Positions 52,801 to 61,435 of a stretch of DNA of 64,000 nt are shown here, piece after piece. Positions within the stretch are counted from its first letter, which is position 1, and the number at the start of each line of letters is the position of its first letter. The stretch comes from Flectonema sp. DT1601 (Eukaryota). The notes beneath the pieces were generated by a model that searched no databases, was not told where the DNA came from, and saw only the letters and a program-made list of their open reading frames with translations. Made by a program: the position numbers and the translations under genes. The stretch is from assembly GCA_964019425.1 (NCBI GenBank), contig OZ025796.1:620001-684000 (forward strand), read 5' to 3'.

Positions 52801-55370
52801 ATGAATCCCAGTCGCTCCCAGGAGGGTCGACGGCATCAGGCGAAGACAGACCACGAGCCGAAGCGCCAGCCCAGGTGGAAGCGCAGACGACGGAAGCACA
52901 AGGAGCGGAAGCAGTAGGGCTGAGAGACGAGCCAGCACAGGAAGTGGGACAACCCGAGGAAAAAGAGCCCCCATCCCCCGACCCCCCGTCGAAGGAGGAG
53001 AAGCTGTATGCGGTGGCGGTGGGATGGAAACCGGGAGTGTATGCATCGTGGGAGGAGGCGAAGGCACAGACGGAAGGGTGCCCGAATGCGACACACCAGA
53101 GTTTCTCCTCCAGGAAGGAGGCGGACAGGTTCGTAGAGAGGTGGCAGCCGGAGACCAGGGAACCGACCCGGGCCACGGAGGGTGTCAGCCCACGTAAGTG
53201 GTACGCAGTGGCGAGGGGCAGGGCGGTAGGCCTGTTCCAATGCTGGAACGAGGCGAACTCGATGGTGTCAGGCTACGCGGCGGCGAGACACAAGAGTTTC
53301 GCAAGCAAGGGGGAGGCGGAGGGATACCTCCAAACCCACCTGCTGGGGGAGGTGGTTGGCGAAGTAGGGACGAGGTACACCTTGGTGTACGCATGCGAGG
53401 AAGACCCGGTAACGGGCCGTCTGGGGGCGGCGGCGAGCTGGTTGGACACACACCGTTTCGAGGTGTTGGGCACATGGTCAGCTGGCCTGCCAGCGGGAGA
53501 CACACACTGGGGGCGATACTTCGCAGCCCTGGTGGGGCTGGTAGCGGCCAAGGCGTGTGGAGGCCTCGTCCCAGCGGAGGCATCCCTGCTGCTGCGAGGA
53601 AGCACGACACACTGGTCGACGGACCAGAGAGAGGTGCTGGAGGAGGCGGAGTTGATGGGGAGGCGTACGACGCTGGTGGAGATGCCAGAGAGGATGAGAA
53701 CACACGCGACGGAGGAGGCTGAAAAAGCGGCGAAGGAGGGCTCGACCTCAGTGACGGAAGCCGTGATGAAGGTTTTCACAGAGGGGGCAAAGAACTGCCT
53801 GGGACACGGGACACAGACGGGTCCCTTCACGGTGCGGTGGGAGGGAAGACAACTGCGTCTGGAACCCCAGTACACAGAAGAGGGGACGGGATCGTCAGGC
53901 GGCCGAGAGTCGGTGGAAGGAGAAGACGCGAGGGTAGAGGGCCGAGACGAGCAGAGCCCGGTCCCAACCCCGAAGGGGGCCGTGCAAAGGGTAGAGGCGG
54001 GAGTCCTGGAGTTGAGCTCGGAAGGGTCGGAGGGAGATGACGATAGATCATCCTCCCCAGCGACAGGGCAGGACGAAGGGAACGGTTCCATGTCGGGAGG
54101 CTCCTTGGGGAGTCCAGGGACGTCGGACATGGAAGTAGAAGAACAGACGGACGAAAGGGACCAGTCAGTAGACCCGTCGGCAGCAGAGACCTCAGGCGAA
54201 AACCATCACCTGGCCGAGGACCTGCAAGCCGAGAAGGGGGACGAGCTGGACGAGACGTCCCACCACTCAGGAGAGCCACCGTCGTCAGACGGCATGGACG
54301 GAGTGGAGGGGTTGGAGGACCTGGAAGACTCACAGTCGGAGACGGAAGTCGACGGAGAAAATGTGACGGAAGGGTCAGTAGTCCAGTACGTCGAGGAGAC
54401 GTCAGAGGACGTGGTCCAGGTGGCAGAGTCGGACACAGAGGAGGAGGGATCGTCAGACTCCCAAATGACCATGACGGTCGATGAACAGGAATGGGAAGAG
54501 GGAGCGGCGCCCGAGGGGAACGCAGGTCAGATGGCCTGGATGCTGGGACTACACCCAGAAGGGGGGAACGCGGAAACACGACGGGAGGGCCAATCGGAGC
54601 CCCTTTCAAAGCTGGTGAACTCAGGCGAAACAAAACCAATGGCCGAGAGATCCAGTTTGGGGGCGAAGATGGGACCACGCGCAGTGGGTAGTGACGGGAG
54701 CGGGGAAGACGCAGAGAGATCGCCGGGCACGGTGTCGACACCGAGCACGAGAGGGAGGACGAAGTACAGAAAGGGAATGGAGGAGGAGAGGGAGGAGTGT
54801 GTGTCGCCGAAGACAAATACGGGAAGGGGACGCACGAGAGGCCGGAAGGCAAAGACGGGGGCAAAGGGGGCCGGAAAGGAGGACCCAAGTCCGCAGGTGT
54901 TGCAGGCGGAAATGGGAGAGTCCACCCCGAGCTCAGGTGAACGGCAGGCGAGGAGGAGGTACAGGAAGGGAGAAGAGAGGGAGAGGATAGAGGTTCTCTC
55001 CCCAGACCCGAGCAGGAAAGCGAAGAGGAAGAGACGCAAGCAGAAGGAACCGGAGCCAGTGGAGGGCACCACGAGGGAACAGGCGCCGCGGAGTTACAAC
55101 AGGAAACCCACACTGCGTCGGGTAGGTAAGGGAGACACACCCGACACAATGGGGTACGCACACGGGCCCCCGGGCTCCCTGACCTCGTTCACGGACGCGG
55201 GCGTACGCCCGGAGCCGGCGGAGCGAGACGGACAAGGTGTGGCAGGAGTAGAGTTGGTCACAAGGTCGTCGTCACAGAGTGAGAAAAGCACCCAAGGAGA
55301 GATGAGGGAGAGAGAAGGGGATCCAACGCGAAGGGTCCTGGACTTCTCGTCGAAAGGGGGAAGGCGCTAG
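46848..55370 (+). CDS. RLE element 2 polyprotein (~2840 aa): ZnF - OTU - ZnF - RT - RLE - USP - RNaseH-like - 2x RNase H1 N-terminal - RNaseH-like - acidic tail
   Basis: GDGNCLFRS..WG..HYD; HRPVAVGE, DFSNAFN, GAQQGDP, YLDD; RHE..RPGD..FDITV..ESLKGNKY; GLPNIGNSCYLNA..GHY..QDD; YAVAVGWKPGVYASW and WYAVARGRAVGLFQCW. 3' UTR and poly(A) run to 56157. Confidence 0.9.
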   Translation: MEKTMLLCGYVLLWALLSGTRAQQTSGVGKQRLAPVPGGWHTPLFTTLDKGPLFSSRISRRVTRPIPPHPFITPNSSNSPNNTASGRAFQHGREGVWVPRRGTETAGNRVRRDHPKPPPDKGGRELLKRASPKVASKAARRLERRRRKLLKERQERWERWAGELEKFHARRERFRAETERPRKNKAETPKKRRAGPERDWTKPGGHKAEPRPWYARPSDLAGGGQSKERTKCPVVGCSVWVRGDLEYHFKQHLKGVVPGEVTAQMASDRLGKQICKACGELSTGLVHQTVRCREMLDLKGRLGVATGPTPELASLKCEGAKVFRVIGDGNCLFRSVCQLLETPEGWKGRHGELRRRTAGYLTKNRERFEVFFQDADAFGVYARALEEDGCWGDALALQVMAEDLQCRFVVVVRTETLVVEGPSDPKRTLVLTLQNGCHYDPVEASEDCVARLLQSARRLELVSPGPLSQAAGGEPAVLQTASRQAQLHECPQAECPKHKGGFEEWAELLRHVDEHAFSGNPLTHGQLARLGLRECPVCCGIIGQDQPMHPGCSEKLQKVQLGDVYTAFRKRVLESQSFPSLEEIASRRRPIAKKLPVSLLHHLGRALKLSLDLVVERNDEWAWKLLLMLPTCTLRRIRRGGRRLSTSDLTGAVDDLQAWIRGEFEGLWKAAAPRKATGRPAVKEAGQKGRNDRATSLAREGCLSQAISALDAPPPAERTEKVLEQMRTLHPRASGPPSATAGQEVQIAEVELLACLRSFHRGSSGGPSGLAPQHLKDVVERGEVPGLVASITEVVRILANGRAPREVAPLLAGANLTALEKEGKPGEHRPVAVGETWRRLVAKILCGAYRSQARSSLLEVRQLGVAVSGGVEAAVHTLHEFRAEHALSSQKVFVKIDFSNAFNCVKRGAFLDSTRDTLLESWVSWCYGAPTWLLFGDERLSSEEGAQQGDPLGPLLFSLAIKPALQKVLEAKPELACFYLDDGLVAGTLEQVDKALQILQKETAELGLTLRPDKCQTHVLDSAQNTLPLGWGLEGMRPPLYNGDFLGAPFGTEEHCQEFVDRKVAQLEKKAELLADLQDRQVAMVLLRQCMGFCKVTHLMRCCTHGKMDTSMRKVDELMRSTASRVLGLTLEGPKWMQAQLPTRMGGLGLRSCAEHRGAALLGSLELVQGVSKSLWEGFKGVLMPALKKGLNLALPEELRIEEDGPGPNPQRLSSAKLDQVKRDCLLAGANDPRDKGRLLSLRMDKASAWLQQADEECAMDPETFRIACGMRLGAALFAEGAVCRICSGPQDRQGYHASICIKNGHVHQRHERVKEEFISIFKQAGLPLLREPSHLLGPNKQRPGDWYCQEGLREGRGRAFDITVVNPGKIKLYKTPGQAAREAESLKGNKYAEQCTKHGINFSTIALEAYGGMGREAVGTLKKLVQICATNSTVPHREIAGEMARRISTSVVVATAEALRAREASVAMDSVNPLPRTKPPPEMTEKPTSQEREPRPRAETEEIQQPEVMRQSAGPPPTMRGLPNIGNSCYLNASVQCLLKGTALTQVLTGKEEVGMSGLLSGVVKGSGECLEKLSEMFDPLQDRRQGEVVGTLTSIVDALLEEKKEVCEPLFSAVQLKQLVCTGCADASGSTDELTLIPLCGRTPQVRLQPTKERVERSCEKLCGSNEATLEESFASLPSSLIFQRDKQDTQGSLGWEERFQVQVGERVMTYQQTGAIAHLGSDNAGHYVSYTWDGVGWQKQDDKAISQVSTEEIHGTKPVVVVYSRVEGSTQEDVGVPVRWIPVANKDRMEVREAPPSEEDTAGYTSREEAECVLRTRVVGGQTQRKLLLLVSSVWNAEMEKLGAAACLIHMGTLDRRFTWSGCLPTWDEATAEYVAALLGLNAIRERSQLLGGETQIEVVTPQQGWGAEQQEALKLVALPSVIEHQVTESSRGVENLALWEAESAAWDEPVELSEDGLDYLVIELEMNLGLSQLRGKAVEPDESQSLPGGSTASGEDRPRAEAPAQVEAQTTEAQGAEAVGLRDEPAQEVGQPEEKEPPSPDPPSKEEKLYAVAVGWKPGVYASWEEAKAQTEGCPNATHQSFSSRKEADRFVERWQPETREPTRATEGVSPRKWYAVARGRAVGLFQCWNEANSMVSGYAAARHKSFASKGEAEGYLQTHLLGEVVGEVGTRYTLVYACEEDPVTGRLGAAASWLDTHRFEVLGTWSAGLPAGDTHWGRYFAALVGLVAAKACGGLVPAEASLLLRGSTTHWSTDQREVLEEAELMGRRTTLVEMPERMRTHATEEAEKAAKEGSTSVTEAVMKVFTEGAKNCLGHGTQTGPFTVRWEGRQLRLEPQYTEEGTGSSGGRESVEGEDARVEGRDEQSPVPTPKGAVQRVEAGVLELSSEGSEGDDDRSSSPATGQDEGNGSMSGGSLGSPGTSDMEVEEQTDERDQSVDPSAAETSGENHHLAEDLQAEKGDELDETSHHSGEPPSSDGMDGVEGLEDLEDSQSETEVDGENVTEGSVVQYVEETSEDVVQVAESDTEEEGSSDSQMTMTVDEQEWEEGAAPEGNAGQMAWMLGLHPEGGNAETRREGQSEPLSKLVNSGETKPMAERSSLGAKMGPRAVGSDGSGEDAERSPGTVSTPSTRGRTKYRKGMEEEREECVSPKTNTGRGRTRGRKAKTGAKGAGKEDPSPQVLQAEMGESTPSSGERQARRRYRKGEERERIEVLSPDPSRKAKRKRRKQKEPEPVEGTTREQAPRSYNRKPTLRRVGKGDTPDTMGYAHGPPGSLTSFTDAGVRPEPAERDGQGVAGVELVTRSSSQSEKSTQGEMREREGDPTRRVLDFSSKGGRR

Positions 55371-56099
55371 GGACTCCACGAAGGAGGTCTCAAGAGTCGA
55401 GGAAAAGACAGAGCCAAGACCCCAGAGCCAACCCAAAACACATGGTAGAGGACGAGGGAGAACAAGAGCGGGAGCGAGGTTAGAAACGTGACCAAAGCCC
55501 CCGCGAAGCAGGAGACACAACCTGCAACCAGACCCCCCCAAAGAAAAAAAACCCCGGTCAACGAGGCAAACTCGGACCAAAACATGCTTTTCACCCCCCC
55601 CAGGAAACACCGACCAGTGGAGCCAAAGGCCGCACACATATTATAAAAATCAAAGGCCGCCCCCCAACCCAAGAAAAGGATGAAAAACTTTCAAGCGAAA
55701 AAACTTGACGTCCGTACGCCCCAGAGATCAAAGGACGGACGACTCACACCCCCTTCTTTCGCCCCATTTTATTAACTGGTACAGCGACAAATGTAAAGCT
55801 GGGTAGACGACGAATTATCTTTTGTGCACAGAGACAAGGGGTCCATGAGAACAAAGGATCAAGAGAAGAAGTGCACATTCCCCATCCCAAACCCAGAAAC
55901 ATGAGAACTCATTAAATTGAAGGGCCATGTCTTTTCAAGTCGAAAAATGCTTAAATGCTAAAGAAGACTGTCGTCCCCAGCTCGCGGGTTTTCCCTGTCG
56001 CTGTATGTCGAGACAACGATCAGAGTCAGTAGAAAGATTTTACAAATTTGTTGTAAAATGAGAAAGGACAAAGAAAGTAGTTTCCATTTTATCTTCCCG

Positions 56100-56159
<60 letters not shown>

Positions 56160-56164
56160 AAAAA

Positions 56165-57020
56165 GAAAAAGATTAATGCAGCCCCTTTCAGTTACAAACG
56201 AAATGATTCACATTCCTCAATGGCTATTAGAATTCCCAGAAACCAAGTACACAAGATTCTGGAGTTTAACAATAACGACCCGGAGACCGACAAACCTAAG
56301 AATGTATTTGTCAGAAACCCGAGCTGGTCAAATGGAAGCGATGTCTGGCCAACTCTTCAATTCAATAACGATCTTGGATTCTTGGCAGCAAAGTCCAAGA
56401 CATCAATACTGGAAGGTTTCGAAGGTAAATTCTACCTGTGTAAGTTCAAAACCTGTTATGGACTCCGAGTTCATCCCGACTGCAACACTGAAGTGCGTAT
56501 TAAGTTAAGCGCGTCACTCAAACCTGCACTGCCTTCCGGTGACAGGTACATTATAAAATCAATGGCGATACGGAAATTCTCAACAGCGCAGATCAGCGAC
56601 TTTATGAAGTCCTCTCACAACTGGGAGCACACAGTGGTCGCATCGTTTAACAAAGGTGGAAGCACTACGATTGTGGCGATTTCAAACACGCAGCCTCCCA
56701 ACTTCGTGAGCATAGGCACCAATGAGTACCTTGTGATAAACAAGGAAGTTAAGAAAAGTGACAGAAAACCGCTAGGCCCAACCTACAACCCAGGCGACGC
56801 GGCTCAAAAACTGACAGGAACCCTGAAGAGACAGAAGACAGCTCCTCAACCACAACAACCAACTCAGCTACCACATCAGACGGCAGCAGCACCGACACCA
56901 GCGCCAGCACCCACACCAGCATCAGCTCCACCACCCACTGAATCTGCTGTTAAACAAGAAGGTGATAAGAACGGCGATGTTGAAATGGAAGATGATGACT
57001 CGGATTTTGACCTCAACTGA
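56165..57020 (+). pseudogene. LINE-C ORF1, C-terminal half
   Basis: MAIRIPRNQVH...HNWEHTVVASF matches minus-strand 1452-1960; in frame with the N-half once the insert is removed. Confidence 0.85.
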
Positions 57021-60000
57021 CTAGATGAAGATGACGATGATTTAAATCCGACCAACTCACTCACAGAAAAGAATACGGCTCGTGAACTGCTGCTTCAGAC
57101 AGGCGATGTCGAACGCAACCCTGGCCCTGACGACTCCCTCATATCACTACTAAGCTGGAACTGTCGATCGATGGGGAACAAAGGTGCCTACATACACAAG
57201 CTGCTCAATGCCTATGCGCCTGACGTACTGTGCCTGCAAGAAACTTGGACAAAAGATGTAGTCTCACACACGGATTATTTTACCTATCGGAATGATAGGG
57301 CAACACGGGGTGGTGGGGTTATTACTATGGTGAAGAAATGCCACACTCAGCAGCGTTCTGATATCGTACTTCCGCCTCACTTAAATGATGTTGAAGTTGT
57401 AAAGGTCAACATAGGTGGAAAGATTGACATCTTAAATATTTATGCTCCCCCGGGATGCAAGATCAGAAAGTCAGATCTTCCAGTCTCAACGAAAGCAATC
57501 GTCGCGGGTGACTTTAATGCCCATCATCCGGTGTGGTCATCAAAATCGACGCCAGCAGGTTCTACTCTACATGAATGGGCAGCACACAATGATCTACTGG
57601 TAGCCAACAAGATGGGGTCAATCACAAGGCCTTTTCCTAATATCCCGGGGGGCGGTACCTCGCCGGACGTAGTATTTTTTCAAAACTCGATGATTCTGGA
57701 AGAATTCTCTGTAATTAGAGAAGATAATAAACATGGATCTGATCACCGACCTCTCTACACCGTACTGGATCCCATGTGTCAACTTACACGTGCCACGATA
57801 GGTTCTAAGAAACGTGTGGTGTGGGACTTCAAGTCTACGGACTGGAACTGCTTTGGAAATATGCTCGATAAGAGAATTAGAAAATCGAAACTCTCCAACG
57901 ATGCAACTGCGAATGCTAAGCTCTTTAACAACATACTGCATGAAGTGGCGGCTAAATTCATTCGTCGACGTGTCCTTTTCAAAGGGAAACGGAGACGAAA
58001 GTGGAAGACGTCAACACCTGATTCTACCAAATCGAAGGGTGTCCACCTACGTGATCAACTTGACAAGGGTAACAACTTTGCCTTCGCGTTTAAGAAGATC
58101 AAAGAACTGCAACAAGATGCTGGTAAAGATATCAGTGTCAACACCGACTGCGACCTACCATCAGCATTCTTGGACCTGTTTGTCTCGAAATCGGAAATAT
58201 TATCGCTAGAGGCCCCCGCACTCTCAGAAGGTGATAATGAAATAGATATTTGCTGTGATTTCACAATGGCTGAAATTAAAGCTGCGATTAAGAACCTGAA
58301 GACCCGCAAGGCTGCAGGACCTGATGGAGTTCACAATGAGATGATCAAAAACTTCACTCCGGCAACAGTGGAATACCTCCTGAGAATTATTAACACTTCC
58401 TGGAAGACTTCAAAAGTACCGTACCAATGGAAACAGGGACTAATCAAGCCTATGTTCAAGGCTGGAAAACCTCGAAATGAACTGAAGAGTTTCAGACCCA
58501 TTACGCTCACATCGGTTGTTGGGAAACTTGCGGAGAGGCTCGTGTATGACCGACTCATGCACTGGCTCACTAAACATTCGTCACTCAGCCCACTACAGGC
58601 TGGATTCAGAAGGGGGAGAAATACCTGCGAACAGATCACCGTTTTGGTAGATGCCGTCGTAAGGATGCACATGAAGAGAAAGAGATCGGTGTTCTTATCG
58701 TTTGATTTTACTGCTGCGTTTGACAGGATCAACCATAAGATACTTTTATTAAAATTGGTAAAGATGGGTGTTCCGAATGTTATTATCAGATGGATCACAG
58801 ACTTTCTTACAAACAAGAAGGTTAGAGTTGAAGCGAATGGTTATCTTAGTGAATTCCGTACTCTGGCTAAGGGGGTTCCACAGGGATCGATCCTGGGTCC
58901 TCTTCTTTATCTTATCTACGTTGATGACCTCTGCAAGATTTTGGAACTGGAGAAAGAAACAACGACGTCTGCTCTGTATGCGGATGATACAGCATGTGTA
59001 GTATCTGGACATAACATGGAAGAAGCTCTTTCAAATGCTCAAATAATACTTGATAAAGTGGATCAATGGTGTTCTGACAACGACATGGCCCTGTCGGTCT
59101 CAAAGACCTGTGCTCTTAAGATGAAAGTCCGTACGAAGGATACGATTCTCAACGACACCTGCAATCGCGAATTACTATTTTCCAGATCTGTTGTGGAAAA
59201 CGTTATCAAAATGGACTATAGTGACATTGAAAAGAGTATCAACTTAAACTCTTCTAGACCCATGCTTCAAAGCGGCGAAACTATTCTCGAGGTTGATGGA
59301 ACTCCGATCAAAACGCAAGACGAACTTGACAACGTGATGTTGCGGAATATTGTTCTCGAAAACAACGTGATGGTGGTGAAAGCCAGATTTAAAACCGCAT
59401 TTCTGTTGCCAATCGTGGACTCAGTGAAATACCTCGGAGTTCACATCGACGACAGACTCACTTTCCACAAACAGGTGGCTAAGATTCATGAAGAACTGAA
59501 AAAGGGAATATCTCTGCTTCAATGCCTTCAACCGTATGATCTTGACTACAAAACGCTAAATATGGTCAAGAACCTTTACGTAACTGCGAGAATCTCTTAT
59601 GCACTCGATAGCTTTGGTTGGTTGATAAGCAACAGCGTTGATAGTATTGATTTCGAACTGAGGAAGGTTGCCAGGCTGGTTACTGGATGCAGCAGGTGCA
59701 CACCGAGAGAACTTCTACTGTGGGAAGCGGACATGCTTCCTTTTAAACGTCAGATCGAAAAGCAAACCAAGATAGCGTACTACAGGTATAAAGCCATGAC
59801 TTGGATACCTAGTACCAACAGACTCGCCTCAACCCAAAGCTACTGGGCTGGCCTCCTTCCTGGCATTGACAGCCAGCGTGAAAGCCAGTGCCTTGTACAG
59901 CCTGACTCGATGGAACCCTGGGTATCTCCGACAAACCTTAGGATTAGCAACGGCTGCGGATTTCCGAAGTCCGCGAACCCTGCGGTGGACAAAGAAAAAT

Positions 60001-60926
60001 TCATGTCGTACATTGGAACGTTACCTCCTGTCGACATGGTAATCAACTGCGATGGCTCCTACTCTGCTTCCGGCGCGGCCGGTGCGGCTCATATTGCCAA
60101 GTCACGTAGCGGCCTTCGATCTGCTTACGCGTCTAGGCTTTATCAAGCTGACTGCAGCTACAGGGCTGAACAACATGCTCTGAAGAACGCGGCTAGACAT
60201 CTGAGAACAGTGTTTAGCAAAGATCCTTCAATGAGATCTGTAAGGCTATTCACGGACTCAAAATCCCTTCTGGATGAACTGCTGGGTGGAAGGTGCAGAC
60301 AGAGGAATACTGAGTCCCTCAAGATACTAGAATACCTGCGCATGTGTGAGATGAAAGTGCATTTGCAATTCATCCCCTCGCACATTGGAATCGAGTTTCA
60401 CGATGAAGTTGACGCGCTTGCAAAGGAAGCAGCGCACAACAAGAACATCCGACCTGTGCTAGTCAAAGGCACTTACTTCTCGCGATCATCACATGTTAAG
60501 CGCTGCATCAAAAAGGATCTGCTTAACGTGAGTGGCTACACCTGCTACAAACACCTCATCGGAGGCCGTTCCGTTAAATACCCTCCTGGGATGGAAAGAG
60601 CCGACGAGATACGGATAGCGAACTTCCGGACAGGATGTCACCCGCTAATTCAGAACTGGCGCAAAAATATCGACTGCCCATTTTGTGGCGAACCGTCCTC
60701 ACAGGTTCACCTGCTGCAGGGATGTCAATCTCCCAAACTCGACTCTGCCAGGTTCAAAATCCTGGGCTTCTCAACACTGACCGGCAAGTGGGATCGCGAT
60801 CGAGAACTTATTATTGCCAACGAAATTCCTAACCTTGAAGCTCTCTTCACTTTGGCGTGGCTTCCATCACTCGCGTTGATCATAAGGTGGATGGAACAAA
60901 CATCTAACCTTAGACTTTGGAAGTAA
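57021..60926 (+). CDS. LINE-C ORF2: 2A - APE - RT - RNase H - CCHC (intact; true frame starts upstream of ATG 57171)
   Basis: SWNCRS, CLQETW, GDFNAH, GSDH; DFTAAFD, GVPQGS, YADD, YLG; NCDGS, AEQ, TDS, PSH; CPFC..H....C. Confidence 0.93.
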   Translation, partial: LDEDDDDLNPTNSLTEKNTARELLLQTGDVERNPGPDDSLISLLSWNCRSMGNKGAYIHKLLNAYAPDVLCLQETWTKDVVSHTDYFTYRNDRATRGGGVITMVKKCHTQQRSDIVLPPHLNDVEVVKVNIGGKIDILNIYAPPGCKIRKSDLPVSTKAIVAGDFNAHHPVWSSKSTPAGSTLHEWAAHNDLLVANKMGSITRPFPNIPGGGTSPDVVFFQNSMILEEFSVIREDNKHGSDHRPLYTVLDPMCQLTRATIGSKKRVVWDFKSTDWNCFGNMLDKRIRKSKLSNDATANAKLFNNILHEVAAKFIRRRVLFKGKRRRKWKTSTPDSTKSKGVHLRDQLDKGNNFAFAFKKIKELQQDAGKDISVNTDCDLPSAFLDLFVSKSEILSLEAPALSEGDNEIDICCDFTMAEIKAAIKNLKTRKAAGPDGVHNEMIKNFTPATVEYLLRIINTSWKTSKVPYQWKQGLIKPMFKAGKPRNELKSFRPITLTSVVGKLAERLVYDRLMHWLTKHSSLSPLQAGFRRGRNTCEQITVLVDAVVRMHMKRKRSVFLSFDFTAAFDRINHKILLLKLVKMGVPNVIIRWITDFLTNKKVRVEANGYLSEFRTLAKGVPQGSILGPLLYLIYVDDLCKILELEKETTTSALYADDTACVVSGHNMEEALSNAQIILDKVDQWCSDNDMALSVSKTCALKMKVRTKDTILNDTCNRELLFSRSVVENVIKMDYSDIEKSINLNSSRPMLQSGETILEVDGTPIKTQDELDNVMLRNIVLENNVMVVKARFKTAFLLPIVDSVKYLGVHIDDRLTFHKQVAKIHEELKKGISLLQCLQPYDLDYKTLNMVKNLYVTARISYALDSFGWLISNSVDSIDFELRKVARLVTGCSRCTPRELLLWEADMLPFKRQIEKQTKIAYYRYKAMTWIPSTNRLASTQSYWAGLLPGIDSQRESQCLVQPDSMEPWVSPTNLRISNGCGFPKSANPAVDKEKFMSYIGTLPPVDMVINCDGSYSASGAAGAAHIAKSRSGLRSAYASRLYQADCSYRAEQHALKNAARHLRTVFSKDPSMRSVRLFTDSKSLLDELLGGRCRQRNTESLKILEYLRMCEMKVHLQFIPSHIGIEFHDEVDALAKEAAHNKNIRPVLVKGTYFSRSSHVKRCIKKDLLNVSGYTCYKHLIGGRSVKYPPGMERADEIRIANFRTGCHPLIQNWRKNIDCPFCGEPSSQVHLLQGCQSPKLDSARFKILGFSTLTGKWDRDRELIIANEIPNLEALFTLAWLPSLALIIRWMEQTSNLRLWK
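57105..57128 (+). other. 2A (StopGo) peptide core DVERNPGP
   Basis: ELLLQTGDVERNPGP fits the GDxExNPGP consensus, in frame and just upstream of the APE start motif LSWNCRS. Confidence 0.9.
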
Positions 60927-61435
60927 AGTAGGTGACATGTAGTCGCCAATATCAATTTGTTATTATTTTTAGTATTTTCATCATTATCAATCATCTCCTG
61001 GTTGGGTAACTGCACATCACCTTCGGTGTTGTCGCAGTGTCTCTTCCAACACTCCTGTCTCCTTTTTCTCCTATTTTCCTTATAAATTTCTCTTGAGGGC
61101 AGGCCTTCGGGCTGTTCAAGTGGTCTTTGACCACCGCTCTAGTTATATGCTCGATTCTTTGTTTTTCCTTATCGATGGTAGGAATGGTAACCGAATTAGC
61201 TTCGTGTGTCCAATTTCAAGGACGCGTGTCCATTTATTTTTTCCCGTTGCCGCTCTTCTTACGTCCTCAGGCGGAGCCTACCTATGTTTCCCGTGTTTTC
61301 CAATTTGTCAGACTTAAACCAAAAGAAAGTATAAAAGAAAGACAAAACAAAGAAGTGAAAAGAACAAAAACAAAGAGTCTGGAAGCACAGACGAGTGTAA
61401 CCAAAAAAAAAAAAAAAAAAAAAAGAGAGGCTTGA

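Larger units (their letters stand above)
28384..61422 (+). mobile_element. Full-length LINE-C interrupted by a ~26.9-kb nested insertion
   Basis: TSD AAGAGAGGCTT at 28373-28383 and 61423-61433; SL remnant at the 5' end; poly(A) at the 3' end; the ORF1 halves rejoin in frame. Confidence 0.9.

Noticed and set aside
30277..55637. Many long antisense or alternative-frame ORFs (e.g. 30277-31821, 34803-36344, 49781-51424)
   Set aside because: Shadow ORFs of GC-rich, purine-biased coding strands; no domain motifs.
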